A DNA stretch of 63,903 bases, the filler included, from Octopus bimaculoides (Eukaryota), in assembly GCF_001194135.2 (NCBI RefSeq). It is 8 parts of 6 records of this genome, joined end to end, with 100 filler letters (N's around TTAATTAATTAA, not from the genome) between each part and the next. Parts side by side here need not be neighbours in the genome. Positions count along the whole stretch, not along the records: positions 1 to 5,547 come from NC_068982.1; positions 5,648 to 23,557 come from NC_068986.1; 6 more parts are not named here. The stretch is one strand, 5' to 3'. Position numbers and translations under genes: made by a program. Shown here one piece after another: positions 1 to 12,910 of the stretch (positions within the stretch are counted from its first letter, which is position 1; the number at the start of each line of letters is the position of its first letter). The notes beneath the pieces were generated by a model. That model was not told where the DNA came from, searched no databases, and saw nothing but the letters and a program-made list of their open reading frames with translations.

Positions 1-40
<40 letters not shown>

Positions 41-42
<2 letters not shown>

Positions 43-148
43 CCTTGACGCGGACACCGGTCCGTGGCAGGGATACTCATTTTTGACAGGAATCGAACCC
101 ACAATCATGAGCCCAACGCCCTAACCACTAAGGTATGTGTACTTCCAC
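41..148 (-). mobile_element. tRNA-derived SINE 5' fragment (family C-like head)
   Basis: Reverse complement reads ...ttagtggttagggcgttgggctcatgattgtgggttcgattcctg, giving Pol III A-box-like and B-box-like motifs without a full cloverleaf. Confidence 0.6.
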
Positions 149-149
149 T

Positions 150-250
150 AAAAATAAAGTTGAGTTCGATGGATTTTGAACACGGAACGTAAACCGATGG
201 CAGAACAACTGCAAGGTATTTTGCAAGATGCTCTAATGATTTTGTCCAGT
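150..250 (-). mobile_element. Degenerate family B SINE fragment
   Basis: ggattttgaacacggaacgtaaa...ctaatgattttgtccag resembles the better-preserved copies at 20571 and 42632. Confidence 0.5.
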
Positions 251-949
251 AATAATATTTGTTATCTGCCCGCTCCACTCCAGGCCTGTAAGATAAGAGC
301 TGAATTGTGGCTAAAAGGTTTCTCAGTCGAGATCATCATGTCGTTTATTTATGTTGTCGATGCTGCAGCTCTCAGGTCAACCTTTATTGAGCAGAGCAAA
401 TTATCAAAAATGTTTCAACTGTCTTCTAAAAGTGTCTGGCAAAGATAAGGGGCGTTACCAGGATTCCGAAAACGTAGAAGCAATTTTTTGTGAAACTCTA
501 TTCCCTGTAATGATTTTCGTGATTTATTAACATGCACACAGATGTTTTGTAATTATATATATATAATATAATATAATATAATATAATATAATATATATAT
601 ATATATATATATATACATAATAATGGAAAGAAAATGGAGATTACAATTGTCAATTCAAAACTCAAAATCTATTAACATAATATTATATTATATTCTTATA
701 ATAATATAATATAATAAATAATAAGCATTAAATGCAAATTACATACAATTGTTTCGATTCTTACCCATAGTAAGATTATAAAAATCCATTGTTTGTGGGT
801 AAATATCTCTTCAGTGTAATTTTTGATATATGAGGATTCACAGATCCAAGAAGACTAAATTTAAATATATTTATGTTTACAGCGTTATTTTTGTTTAGCG
901 TTTCTATGGTGTGTGAAGATTTTCAGTTTCTATTTATTCATAATTTTAA

Positions 950-1523
950 TACAGTACTTTCGCTCTACCTCGCTGTGCTGCTGCAACTCATATTGGTATT
1001 CGTTCACAATATTGGCAATGAATTCGTCAAATCTGTTACAGATTCGGCATAATGGAGACACTTGCTCATTTCTAATGTTGATCCTCCAATTTGTGGCCAA
1101 AGCTTGCTCTTGCGTTGCCAGTATAGCGCTCTCAGTTTCCTTGTTTAAATGTTACTTTCTTTTGCCACTTATGTTCTCCAGCAACTTCAGCGGTGGCTAC
1201 ATAGAAATGTTTGTGTAGGTCCTTCTCACGTAGTGCTTCTTCGTGTTTTTGCACTTCTTGTTTTGTTCTTTTCTTGTTTCCTATCATCATCTCTTCCTTG
1301 CTTTGGGTTAGATATCTCAGCAAGTTCCCATGTTCGAAATGTACGCAGTCTTCTACACTTATCAGTCCTCTTCCTCCATTTCCTCTTTATGCATAAGCAA
1401 TTAATGCCTGCACGTGGATGATGGACCCCATGCATGGTTAGAAGCTTTCTTGACGTCTTGCCCAACTTCTATAGCTCCTTCTCAGCCCAATTCAGAATTC
1501 CAGCTCCATCAGGTACTCTGTTT
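950..1523 (-). mobile_element. R4/Dong-like (RLE-type) LINE remnant, post-RT and zinc-knuckle region
   Basis: Broken minus-strand translation GAGILNW..KTSRKLLTMHGVHHPRA..KRK-GGRGLISVEDC..ETESAILATQEQAL..PLCRICNRFDEFIANIV matches the thumb/CCHC region of R4-clade ORFs. Stops and frameshifts are present. Confidence 0.8.
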
Positions 1524-1721
1524 TTGTTGTTGTTGTTGTTGTTGTTGTTGTCGTCGTCGTTGTTGTTGTTGTCGTCGTTGTCGTCGTTGTTGTTGTTGTT
1601 GTTGTTGTTGTTGTTCTTCTTCTTCTTCTTCTTCTTCTTCTTCTTCTTCTTCTCCTTCTTCTTCTTCTTCTTCTTCTTCTTCTTCTTCTTCTTCTTCTTC
1701 TTCTTCTTCTTCTTCTTCTTC
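1524..1721. repeat. Compound microsatellite (TTG/TCG)n(TTC)n
   Basis: Directly visible. Confidence 0.95.
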
Positions 1722-2195
1722 TTTTTCTCTCTCTTATTTTTTTTATCCAAAATCCCTGTACACCATCAGGTCCTGCTACTTTCCAATTGCTTATCTTTTT
1801 GCTCATATTTCTTTCTGATACTGCCTTCTGTGAAGTGGATAACCTTTTTTGGGGGGAAAAAAGCTGTTTGCTTCAGACTGCAGAGCCATTCAGCTGTAAC
1901 ATTATGTTGTTCTTGCTTAATCCACATTTTTAAGTAGTCACCGATCTCAATTCCTCCACAATTCACGGTAGTATATTCTTGCGGACAAATAACCATCTCT
2001 TCCACTATACCACTTTCGTTTCTCATATGCCCAGCATCACCCGATATCTTTTTTTAATAGCTTCTAGCTCCATTTCTGTTAATCAGCTATTCTTTCGTAT
2101 TGTTCTTGCTTGATCACATAATCTCTGTTCAGTAATTTCAAATAGATCCATTGCTTTCCATTCACTGTGCATTCGTTTTCTGTACCCTCAGACAG
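1722..2195 (-). mobile_element. R4/Dong-like LINE remnant, N-terminal and pre-RT region
   Basis: Minus strand gives GYRKRMHSEWKAMDLFEITEQRLCDQARTIRKN*LTEMELEAIKK, then EQHNVTAEWL and KKISNWKVAGPDGVQGFWIKK, all characteristic R4-clade motifs. Confidence 0.8.
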
Positions 2196-2420
2196 GTACG
2201 TCATTCGCATCCTCTGGGGTGCTCCGGTAGTAACACTCTAAAACTATCGTGTTTACTTGTTTACTTCACTTATGTCTTGTAGCATAGCTAACAGTGGCTG
2301 GATTACGACTGGACCCAGCCTACTGTACAGAGAAGCCCACCCTACTGTACATGGGTGCGGCACCATCATAATTGGTTCCAGTCCCGTTTACACCGTTATC
2401 GTCATCTAGTTTGCTCTCTC

Positions 2421-2920
<500 letters not shown>

Positions 2921-2943
2921 AATTTATCTCGTGGGGTAAAAAC

Positions 2944-2978
<35 letters not shown>

Positions 2979-3809
2979 TTTGATATTTCTCTTGATATTT
3001 GCACTCACAGTAGCAATTGGTAGCTGACCATTACCTACAACTGAAATAACACTCTTTACAAACTGGGCTGTAAAGACACACTAATGCTGGTAGTAAATGG
3101 TAGTAAACTGAAAAATTGAAGCTTTTTACATCTCGTCTCTATTATACAAAGTTTTATTGGAGGCACGCTCTCTGGTTATCAGCGGGATTCATTTTGGGAT
3201 AAGTGACAGAGTTTACCTGACGTCACAAGAAAGCAAGACTGAGACCTCACCCGTAATGTTAGTGCTACAGCTGAGATCTTGTATGGTATGTTGAAGTATT
3301 TCAAATACAAATTTGTGAAATATCATTTACTCGTCGAACTTATGCTTGTATAAATCCTTTATCGATATCGTAAAAGGACTGACAGTATGTGCAAGTTTTG
3401 AATGGCAGCTTAAAAGTAAATTGAGCAGTTTTGATATTTGTGAATCATGTTGCAGCAATATGAGCTGCGGAAACTGCAATAGCAACATTACTGAATGAGC
3501 AGCATTTTTGCTAGAATCAGATGTATGCAAAAAGTTTTGCTTTTTGTACAAGAAGCGTTAAAGGAAACTATTTTTCTCAAATCAGATGTCATCTTGTTTA
3601 AACGTTTTTTATTTTTTATTTTCGGGAACTAAGAGTTATTCCCTTTTATAGACATAGCATTCTTGTTACTGAATTCTGTTGCCGGTTGCTTGAAGTACCT
3701 ATCGACAAAGCTGCATCTGTAGTTTGTACTAGAGCTGATCGTCTATACTACTCAAGAGTCCTGTTAGGCAGGTATATATTATTAATGACTGTAAATATAT
3801 TTATATAGA

Positions 3810-4260
3810 CTAGCAGAACTCGTGAATATTTCACGGAATTAATGGTAAACTTATTGAGTTATCTCTGAAAACTTTATCCAAAAATCTGAAAGTGTAGCCT
3901 GTGTTGTGTCTGTATGGATAGATAGTCGCTCATCTGCTACTCATTGAAAAGTGAAAGAAATTGGAATACAAAATTACTTAATGCGCTTTATACATGTACA
4001 CTTTATATACCTTAAGCACAATTTTGTAAACTTAATACACAACTCTTATAAAATAAATATTTACTCTTATTTTTCCATTTTCCCATAAACAAACAAAAAA
4101 TATCCCGTACATATGATACAACCTTTAGTTAAATGCATATATCTGTCAGTTAAATAAGCGTGAATATTTCACGGAATTGCACCTTTGCGCATGCGTTAAG
4201 TGATAGGTGATATAAAAAAAAACTTAGTTTAGTTCAATTAAAAAATACACTTTTCACTAT
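3810..4260 (-). mobile_element. Helitron-like non-autonomous element, 3' end
   Basis: Minus strand ends cgtgaa-ata-ttcacg (hairpin) agttctg CTAG|T, the canonical Helitron 3' hairpin plus CTAG before a T. The 5' boundary is unclear. Confidence 0.55.
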
Positions 4261-4510
4261 CCAGTCACCACCACCACCACCACCACCACCACCACCATCT
4301 CCTTCTCCCCCTCTCTCCCTACCTCTCTTCCTTCCCCCTATTCTCTCTCTCTCTCCCATCTCTCTCCTCTCACTCTCTCTCTCTCTCCCATCTCTCTCCT
4401 CTCACTCTCTCTCTCCTCCCACTCTCTCTCTCCTCTCACTCTGTCTCTCCTCTCACTCTGTCTCTCCTCTCACTTCTCTCTCTCCTCTCACTCTCTCTCT
4501 CTCCTCTCAT

Positions 4511-4710
4511 TGAAAAGTTCCCGGTTCTAAGGGTTTTGTGAAAGGGAGACCCAACCATCCGAGTTCCTTTACAGGGTTTAGAAAAACTGAAGGACTGCTG
4601 CAATAAGTGCGTGAATATGAGAGGGAAATATGTTGGATAAAATCATAATTAAGTGATCCTCCTGTATTCTCTTTTACAAAAGATCAGGAACTTTTGAGCA
4701 GCCCTTCGTA
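4511..4710 (+). mobile_element. Internally deleted mariner remnant
   Basis: Imperfect TIRs tgaaaagttcccgg and tcaggaacttttga...cgTA. The interior encodes a transposase C-terminus, GLEKLKDCCNKCVNMRGKYVG*. Confidence 0.7.
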
Positions 4711-5171
4711 TTGTCTCTTATAATTTCAAGACTAATGACAAATGGCGAGGTAAAAAGTTTTGAAATGTTTGTATACTTCCGTAGCAATTGTTTTTCATCT
4801 TCAGTTCGTACCTGTAAAAGCTGATCAATGATGAGAACTATTGCTAAGATTTCGAGCATCCACGTTATGTGTTAATAAAGCTACATTTTTCTTAGTGTAA
4901 CTTTCAACATTGAATACATTTTATTCTGCAATAATGAAATGAGAATTTAAATAGACACAATATAACTAAATCTGTTCAAATTAAAAACAGAAAATAGATT
5001 TCTAAAGATAATTTTCGAAACAATTCTTATCTTATTTTTTGTGACACTATAATCATTTAAATCTTTGAAATGGAACACAGAGTTGAGTGTGGTGTAAAAT
5101 AAGGTGATAAAGTCATTTTAATATGATTAGGTGACTACTTCACTCTAACAATATTTTATCTGTTATCTTAT

Positions 5172-5385
5172 ACATTTTTAAGTCATTGGACTACGGCCAT
5201 GCTGGGACACCGACTTGGGAGTATTTTTAGTCGAAGAATCGTGCTATTATTTTCAAAGCCTGGTACTCATTCAATCGAACACTTTTGCCGAACAGCTAAG
5301 GTTCGTGGACGTAAACACACCAACACCGGTTGTCAAGCGTTGGTAGGGACAAGCACAAATATAAAGACACACACAGATACATAAT
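5172..5385 (-). mobile_element. Family A SINE, 3' half
   Basis: gtcattggactacggccatgctgggacaccg...ccggttgtcaagcg matches the copy at 52356 and runs into a CA/AT repeat. Confidence 0.75.
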
Positions 5386-5411
5386 ACATACATACACATA
5401 TATACTTGCGC

Positions 5412-5453
<42 letters not shown>

Positions 5454-5454
5454 A

Positions 5455-5547
5455 CCTGGTGCAACTTGCTTCTCAACCACATGGTTCGAGGTTTAGTCTC
5501 TCTGCGTGGCACCTTGGAAAAGTGTCTTCTACTATAGATTTTGGCCG
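5455..5547 (+). mobile_element. Family A SINE, head fragment
   Basis: caaccacatggttcgaggtttagtc..tgcgtggcaccttgg..gtgtcttctactatag matches the copy at 61720. Confidence 0.7.
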
Positions 5548-5647
5548 NNNNNNNNNNNNNNNNNNNNNNNNNNNNNNNNNNNNNNNNNNNNTTAATTAAT
5601 TAANNNNNNNNNNNNNNNNNNNNNNNNNNNNNNNNNNNNNNNNNNNN
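5548..5647. other. Artificial scaffold spacer N44-TTAATTAATTAA-N44
   Basis: Exactly 100 nt with a six-frame stop linker; identical structure at seven sites. Confidence 0.97.
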
Positions 5648-5689
<42 letters not shown>

Positions 5690-6193
5690 GTATATATGTG
5701 TGTGTGTGTGTGTACGTGTATGTGTGTGTGTGTGAAATAAGTGTTTCACAGCATATGCACATTTCTGTGCGTGTGTTCGAGTGAGGGAGAGGGAGAGAAA
5801 GTCAAATGGGTAGGGGAGAAGAAACAGTGTTGAGTGTGTGTGTGTGTGTGTGTATCTGGGAGTGGTGTACATATGTTAATGTAGGTGCGTCTCTATATGT
5901 ATTTCCGTGTAAGATAGCTGTGCAACAAGCATCAAGCGAGATAGAACGTTTCTAAATTTACATAGGAAATAAAAACATTGATGTACAAGTTCAAAAACGA
6001 ACATATCGATCGATCGATCGAAAGATTAGAACGATGACATTATCTCTCTCTCTCTCTCCCCTCTCTCTCTCCCCTCTCTCTNNNNNNNNNNNNNNNNNNN
6101 NNNNNNNNNNNNNNNNNNNNNNNNNNNNNNNNNNNNNNNNNNNNNNNNNNNNNNNNNNNNNNNNNNNNNNNNNNNNNNNNNNNNNNNNNNNNN

Positions 6194-6231
<38 letters not shown>

Positions 6232-6390
6232 ACACACACACATTCCGCGTCGCGTTTTAGGTTTTCTGCATTGTTTCAGAAGTACATACAGATACAAGGC
6301 GTGGCATGTGTCAGTTGCGACATACGTTTAACTACATACATACATACATACATACATACATACATACATACATACATACATACGTACATA

Positions 6391-6422
<32 letters not shown>

Positions 6423-7099
6423 CATATGCATACATGTACATATTACATGCATATATATACATATTTACAAGTCTCTGAATAAAATAAAACAGCCTTGTCA
6501 TTTTTGTGTTAGTGACCCGCCAGAATTATGCGTTGAGCTGAAATAAATCTTACTTAATAAATGGACACACATGCACGCGCGGACACAAACTCATACAGTC
6601 GTGCATATGAATATATACGTTTTCTTTGCTCTCTCTCTCTCGTCACTCTTTCTATATACGCATACACACATGCGTATATACATACATAGATTTCATATAT
6701 ACATACATATATGTGTGTGTGTGTTGTGTGTGGTGTATGCGCGCGCACACACACGCATGCATATTTATATGTTTACTCCTCTATGTTTTATATGTGTGTG
6801 CGTGTGTGTGTGCGTGTGTGTGTGCGTGTATATATATATATATATATANNNNNNNNNNNNNNNNNNNNNNNNNNNNNNNNNNNNNNNNNNNNNNNNNNNN
6901 NNNNNNNNNNNNNNNNNNNNNNNNNNNNNNNNNNNNNNNNNNNNNNNNNNNNNNNNNNNNNNNNNNNNNNNNNNNNNNNNNNNNNNNNNNNNNNNNNNNN
7001 NNNNNNNNNNNNNNNNNNNNNNNNNNNNNNNNNNNNNNNNNNNNNNNNNNNNNNNNNNNNNNNNNNNNNNNNNNNNNNNNNNNNNTATATATATATATA

Positions 7100-7475
7100 T
7101 TGAAGCTTTCTACTAACATATCCACGCCTGGTCTTCTACTGATATACGCTCATCCTCTCATCTGATATGTTACAGTAGAGTTGTGCGATTTCTTTTGGTA
7201 TGTATTCAAGGTTATCGGACAAGGAATGCTTTTCAAGGATTTGCCTTCCAAGTCTCATGAAATTAGCCTCATGTATGCAAACTTGGTCAAGGGATGCATT
7301 TCGACTCTTGGTGGTTAAAATATGTTGCCGAGAGGATATGATACGACATTCAAAAGCAGTTTGGATCGATGTTAAGCCTCTGCCGCCTTGTTTTCGTTGT
7401 TGGTAGCGGCGGTCTACGTCACTTTTGATATGAAAATTATGTGTACTTGTTAGTGTCTTCCGGGTTTTCACATCT
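7100..7475 (-). mobile_element. Second R4/Dong-like LINE fragment (thumb region)
   Basis: ORF 7136-7471 (-): KTRKTLTSTHNFHIKSDVDRRYQQRKQGGRGLTSIQTAFECRIIS. It covers the same motif block as the 1226-1465 ORF but is a clearly different sequence. Confidence 0.8.
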
Positions 7476-7552
7476 TCCGGGCTCGGATCTCATCGGCGTC
7501 TAATCAAGCAGCCAAAATGTTGGTATGAATACTGGCACTCCAAACACATATG

Positions 7553-7584
<32 letters not shown>

Positions 7585-8423
7585 TGTATGTATGTATGTA
7601 TGTATGTATGTATGTATTTATGTATATACGTGTATGTATATCGGTCAGAAATCCAGAAATACGAGAAGCACACTCTAAAACTTTAGAACACTAATACTTA
7701 AAAGTTTGTTAGTTATGTTTGGTCAGGGAGTGATTTTTCACATATAAAGTTCTTAGCGGTATTGGTGACACTTCAGACTCGTTAGTCGGAGGCACAGAGC
7801 CTTTCTACAATTGAAGGTATGAAAATGTTTTGGTCAGCTAGGGTTTTAAACAAAAGCACTCCGAAACGAAATTCTACTGAGCAACAATTCTTCTGGACGA
7901 GATGGGGTTATCTGCCTTAGATTGGTTGCAGCTGCGTCTGAAAAGGGTCAGCATATGGACGATTGCTGTTCACTAGTCGGCAAGAGGGGAATTCTCTGTT
8001 TCCAATATAAATTTCCTCTGATGATTGTACTGACTAAATTTTTCACTTTTGAAGTTTAAGAAGGTCCCCGGGTCGAGTGAGTTCTTCAAGATCCTTGCTT
8101 TCTCGGTCAAGCAAAGTTTACATCATTTGCTCCTATTATGGTACGGTCCAGGTTGTTCTAAGAACTTTCATTTAATTTTGTATGGTGTACTCTTATAAAT
8201 GCTATATGTAGCTGGACAAGGATGTACGTTGCACCTCTCTGGGATCCTAAAAGATGACCTGTGATTGTTAAGACTTTACTTGAAGGGAGCCTCTGAATCT
8301 CCAACATATTTCCATATCTATGTCCTTGTACTAGCAGTGCTGCATATTGCTACCGTTGTTGTTGTTACTACCACACACCATTGCTTGTGCAGCTTCTGTT
8401 TCTGGAGTGCTGCTGCTGTTGCT

Positions 8424-8455
<32 letters not shown>

Positions 8456-8894
8456 NNNNNNNNNNNNNNNNNNNNNNNNNNNNNNNNNNNNNNNNNNNNN
8501 NNNNNNNNNNNNNNNNNNNNNNNNNNNNNNNNNNNNNNNNNNNNNNNNNNNNNNNNNNNNNNNNNNNNNNNNNNNNNNNNNNNNNNNNNNNNNNNNNNNN
8601 NNNNNNNNNNNNNNNNNNNNNNNNNNNNNNNNNNNNNNNNNNNNNNNNNNNNNNNNNNNNNNNNNNNNNNNNNNNNNNNNNNNNNNNNNNNNNNNNNNNN
8701 NNNNNNNNNNNNNNNNNNNNNNNNNNNNNNNNNNNNNNNNNNNNNNNNNNNNNNNNNNNNNNNNNNNNNNNNNNNNNNNNNNNNNNNNNNNNNNNNNNNN
8801 NNNNNNNNNNNNNNNNNNNNNNNNNNNNNNNNNNNNNNNNNNNNNNNNNNNNNNNNNNNNNNNNNNNNNNNNNNNNNNNNNNNNNNNNNNNNNN

Positions 8895-8988
<94 letters not shown>

Positions 8989-9739
8989 GGATAGATAGAT
9001 AGATAGATAGATATACAAGCATATATTTGCCTATATACACACATACACACAGGTGTGCATACATGCATACATAGTAAGAAAGTGCAGATTCGGGAAATCC
9101 AGGCGAATACCTAGCTCCATATCGAAATCCCGTCTAACAAGACGTTGAGAAAGGATACAGCGTGCAGTTCATGCAAAGTTGTTCAATACAAACTGAAAAA
9201 CCAGGAAATGTACGGTTTATAAGAATTATCCAACTAACGCAGAGTATAGGATAAGACAATCAAAGGATTAATGATGACAATATTACATTTATTAACCAGG
9301 TCAAAAAATTGTCGAATTGTTAGCGTTGGTGCTCCAGATGTTACTATATATCATATGTCTACACAATCCCTCTAATTGTGTGTTTCACAGATAATACAGA
9401 TTACTCATCAGAGAATACACCAGGAAATGTAGATTACTGAAGTTGAAAAGTATTTACCTACATACTTGTTCGCACATTCCCGGAAACAGCCACAAAATTC
9501 ATTCATATTTATTGGATTCGTTTGAGGACTTCCGTTTTGGATTATTGTGAACTGTCATCTCATCAGCTTGAGACTTTTTGATTTGTCTGTATGTATTTAT
9601 GCAATTCTTCATCCGACTTTGATTTGGGCACGGAATTACGCTATAATATGTATATATATGTTTATATATGTTATATTTTCGCATATTTATAATTGCTCAT
9701 GTCAATAATGCGAGACATATGCATTAAATATGTCCCATA

Positions 9740-11720
9740 GAAGAAAGCCAATGCACCGAAACCATCATTCACCTAGACAAGAGAATACTCATGCGGCGGA
9801 GAATAAAGATCTCAAATCTTTTAAACAAACACCTTAATGACAGTGTGAAATCCCACCTGACAGTAACTCTTCAAGATAGAAGATAAACTCAAAATCTCCC
9901 AATGAAAAAGAAAAAGAAAAAATGAGAAACCTGGGTGGTCTAAAATATAAAAAGAAATCCTAAAGCTTTCTACATGTTGGCAAAGGAATCTGCCTCAGTG
10001 CGCTATAAGATAGGGGCACTATTTGTTAAAAACGGCTCACTAACTGCAGACTCGGGTAAGATAAGTGAAGCACTAAATAAACAATTCTAACATAACAGAA
10101 GAGGATGTAATATCGTCCATTGACGAAATGAAATCAAACTTAGCAACAGGCCCAGATGGACTCCCGGCTGTTCTCTTAAAGACATGTAAAAAGGCTCTTG
10201 CAAAGCCACTGCAGATACTCTTTCAGAGTTTCCTTGCATGTGGTAAACTTCCCAACATGCTAAAAGAGGGTATAATATGCTCTGTCCATAAAGGTGGGAG
10301 CAGAGCAGATGCTAAAAACTACATGCCCATCTCTCTAACCTCACATATTAGCAAGACAATGGAATGCATTGTCAGTAAAAAGGCTGATCACGTTCCTAGA
10401 AGAAAATAACCTTCTCGCAAATATGCAACATAGCTTCCGTCTAGGGAGGAGCTGCCTCACACAGTTGCTGCAACACTTTGACTGGGTACTGAAGCAACAG
10501 TTAAACAGTCAGCTGTAGACGTGATATACCCCGACTTTGCCAAGGCCTTCGACAAAGTTGATCATGGCATGATAAGTCGCAAGCTGCGAAACTTTGGTAA
10601 TATCGGGAAACTGGGAGAGTGGCTGCATGATTTTCTGAAGGGCAGGAGTCAGACAGTTGTTGCCAATGGAGCTCACTCTGAAGAGACACCAATTCTCAGC
10701 GGAGTCTAACAGGGAACTGTACTGGGGCCACTACTATTTCTGGTGGCCCTCTCAGACATACCCTCCGCGGTACAGTCAGCCAATCTGACCAGTTATGCTG
10801 ACGACACAGAAGTATCGCAAGCAGTTAGGAACCCAGAGGACATCATAAAACTGCAGAAAGACCTGAATGAAATCTACAAATGGGCTAACAAAAATAACAT
10901 GCAGTTCAATGCTATGAAATTTCAGGCACTCCACTATCGGTCCAACACCAGGCTAAAATCGGAATACATTGGACCAGAATGTAATATGATCCCAGAGTCA
11001 GAGTCGGTGCATGACCTGGGGTTTCACATGAGCAATGATGCAACATTCCATGTGCATATTACCAAGACTGTGCAGGCGAGTGGCTGGATGGATTCTGAGG
11101 ACATTCAGAACCAGGAAAAGGGAAGCCTTTTTTACTCCTATGGAAGACTTTCGTTCTCAATCGCTTGGACTACTGCTCCCAACTATGATCCCCAGAGAGT
11201 GTGAACCAAACTGTGGAACTTGAAGCAATCCAGCGCCAATACACAAGGAAGATTGACTTGATGCAAAAGATAGGCTACTGGGAGAGGCTAAAGGAGCTGA
11301 GTCTCTATTCCCTGGAGAGAAGACGGGAGAAATATGCGGTGATATATATTTGGAAGATCATGGAAGGTTTAGCTCCCGATTTTGGAATTGACAGCTATAC
11401 CGATCCTCGAACTGAACGGCACTGCATCATACCAAAGATCCCGTCTTCCTTATCTAAAATAAGGACACAGTATTGAAATAGTTGAGTTTCAAGGATCCGC
11501 AATTGTTCAACATCCTTCCAGACAACCTTAGAGATCTATATGGTGTTGATGTGGAAGTTTTCAAGGAACGCCTGGACAGGTTTCTATCTGATATACCAGA
11601 CGAACCCACATCGCGGCAGGAGACGTAAAGAAGAACAGCTCCGTCCAAATCGCTACTTCACCAAAAACAATACCGGAAACAACACCAAGTAACTACAGGT
11701 TACTCATCCCTGGGCTGAAA
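9740..11720 (+). mobile_element. 5'-truncated, decayed CR1-type LINE (reverse transcriptase pseudogene)
   Basis: Ordered motifs across frameshifts: NIK.NPKAFY; ATGPDGLPAVLLK..HKGGSRADAKNYMPISLTS; DFAKAFDKVDHG; WLHDFLKGRSQTV; SGV*QGTVLGPLLF; YADDT; LEAIQRQYTRKI..YWERLKELSLYSLERRR. Confidence 0.92.
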
Positions 11721-11845
11721 CCAGTAAAAGGTAGAAGATAATATATATATGGTTAAAACAACTTATTGTAATTTTAAAGTTAGAGCAAATTACTATTAAA
11801 TTTTATCATTTAAAATTATATTTTCAGTATATATTTTCAGACAGT

Positions 11846-12180
11846 GAAGGCGCATGACTCAGTGGTTAGAGCGTCGAGCTTACGATCGTGAGGTTGTGAG
11901 TTCAATTCCCGGACCGGGCTGCGTATTGTGTTCTTGAGCAAGACACTTTATTTCACGTTGCTTTAGTTCAGTCAGCTGTAGAAATGAGTTGCGACGTCAC
12001 TGGTGCCAAGCTGTACCGGCCTTTGCCTTTCCCTTGGATAACACTGGTGGCGTAGAGAGGGGAGGCTGGTATGCATGGGCGACTGCTGGTCTTCCATAAA
12101 CAACCTTGCTCGGACTTGTGCCTCGGAGGATAACTTTATAGGTGCAATCCTATGGACATTTATGGCCGAAGGAGGTCTCC
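11846..12180 (+). mobile_element. Family C tRNA-derived SINE, near full length
   Basis: Head gaaggcgcatgactcagtggttagag...gagttcaattccc (A and B boxes), then a core ttgagcaagacactttatttcacgttgct..cagctgt shared with 16766, 15840 and 46700. Confidence 0.8.
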
Positions 12181-12491
12181 GAATTTTCAGACAACAATTT
12201 AAAAAAAAATTTTTTTATAAGAAAATAAATGTAAGTATTAGAAGAAAAATGTTCGCAGAGATGTGAAGCCCACTGATACCCGCTTTTACGATCAGAACAA
12301 TTCGATGAACACTAACTACTAAATTATCTGATACGTGATCAGTCATCAGTATTATTGTTAATTATTATGAGTTGAGCATATCTTTCTCAAGAACACGAGT
12401 GATATGAATTTATATTTTATGATTATCACAAATAACTTTCACAACCCGATAAGAAAATGTTACACTATATATAAATACATTAATTCTGATT

Positions 12492-12910
12492 TATATTGTT
12501 GGACTGTGGCTATGTTGGGGCACCGCTTCGAAGGTTTTATTCTATCAAATAAACCTAGGTACTTAATTTCGTTAAAAAGTCTGGTTAAAATTCTATCGGT
12601 CTCTTTTTCCGAAAGCTAATGTTGCACGGATGTAACCAAACTAACACCGACTTTCAAGCGGTGGGGGAAGGGGACAAACACCAAAAACACGCATACACAC
12701 ACTTACACATACGTATACAACACACACAAACACACACGCACATACATATACGTCGGGCTTCTACATAGTTTCCGCCTACGAAATTCAATCATTAGGTATT
12801 TGTCGCTCTGGGGCTGTAGTAGAAAATACTCTCCCTAATTGCCACGCAATGGCACGGAACTCAAAAGCAGGTGGTTACAAAGCGAACATCTTAACCACAC
12901 AACTGTGCCT
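12492..12910 (-). mobile_element. Family A SINE, full length, diverged, with internal CA repeat
   Basis: Tail, microsatellite and head are collinear with the copy at 52356-52747. Confidence 0.8.

Noticed and set aside
3318-3551. Overlapping ORFs on both strands (74 aa minus; Cys-rich ~60 codons plus)
   Set aside because: No convincing splice or start context and no recognisable domain; lengths are within chance for this composition.
7086-7110. R4-like fragment abutting (AT)n as evidence of microsatellite targeting
   Set aside because: The fragment is truncated here rather than at its true 3' end, and it lies next to an assembly gap.
9088-9440. Two Tyr-motif exon candidates (DSGNPGEYLAPYRNPV*.. 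and DNTDYSSENTPGNVDY*)
   Set aside because: The first has an in-frame TAA, and its donor phases (0 or 2) do not match the phase-1 start of the second; no homology recognised.
12320-12352. Minus-strand CTGATGA followed by a hairpin (hammerhead-like)
   Set aside because: It has GATA instead of GAAA and no stem III or stem I.
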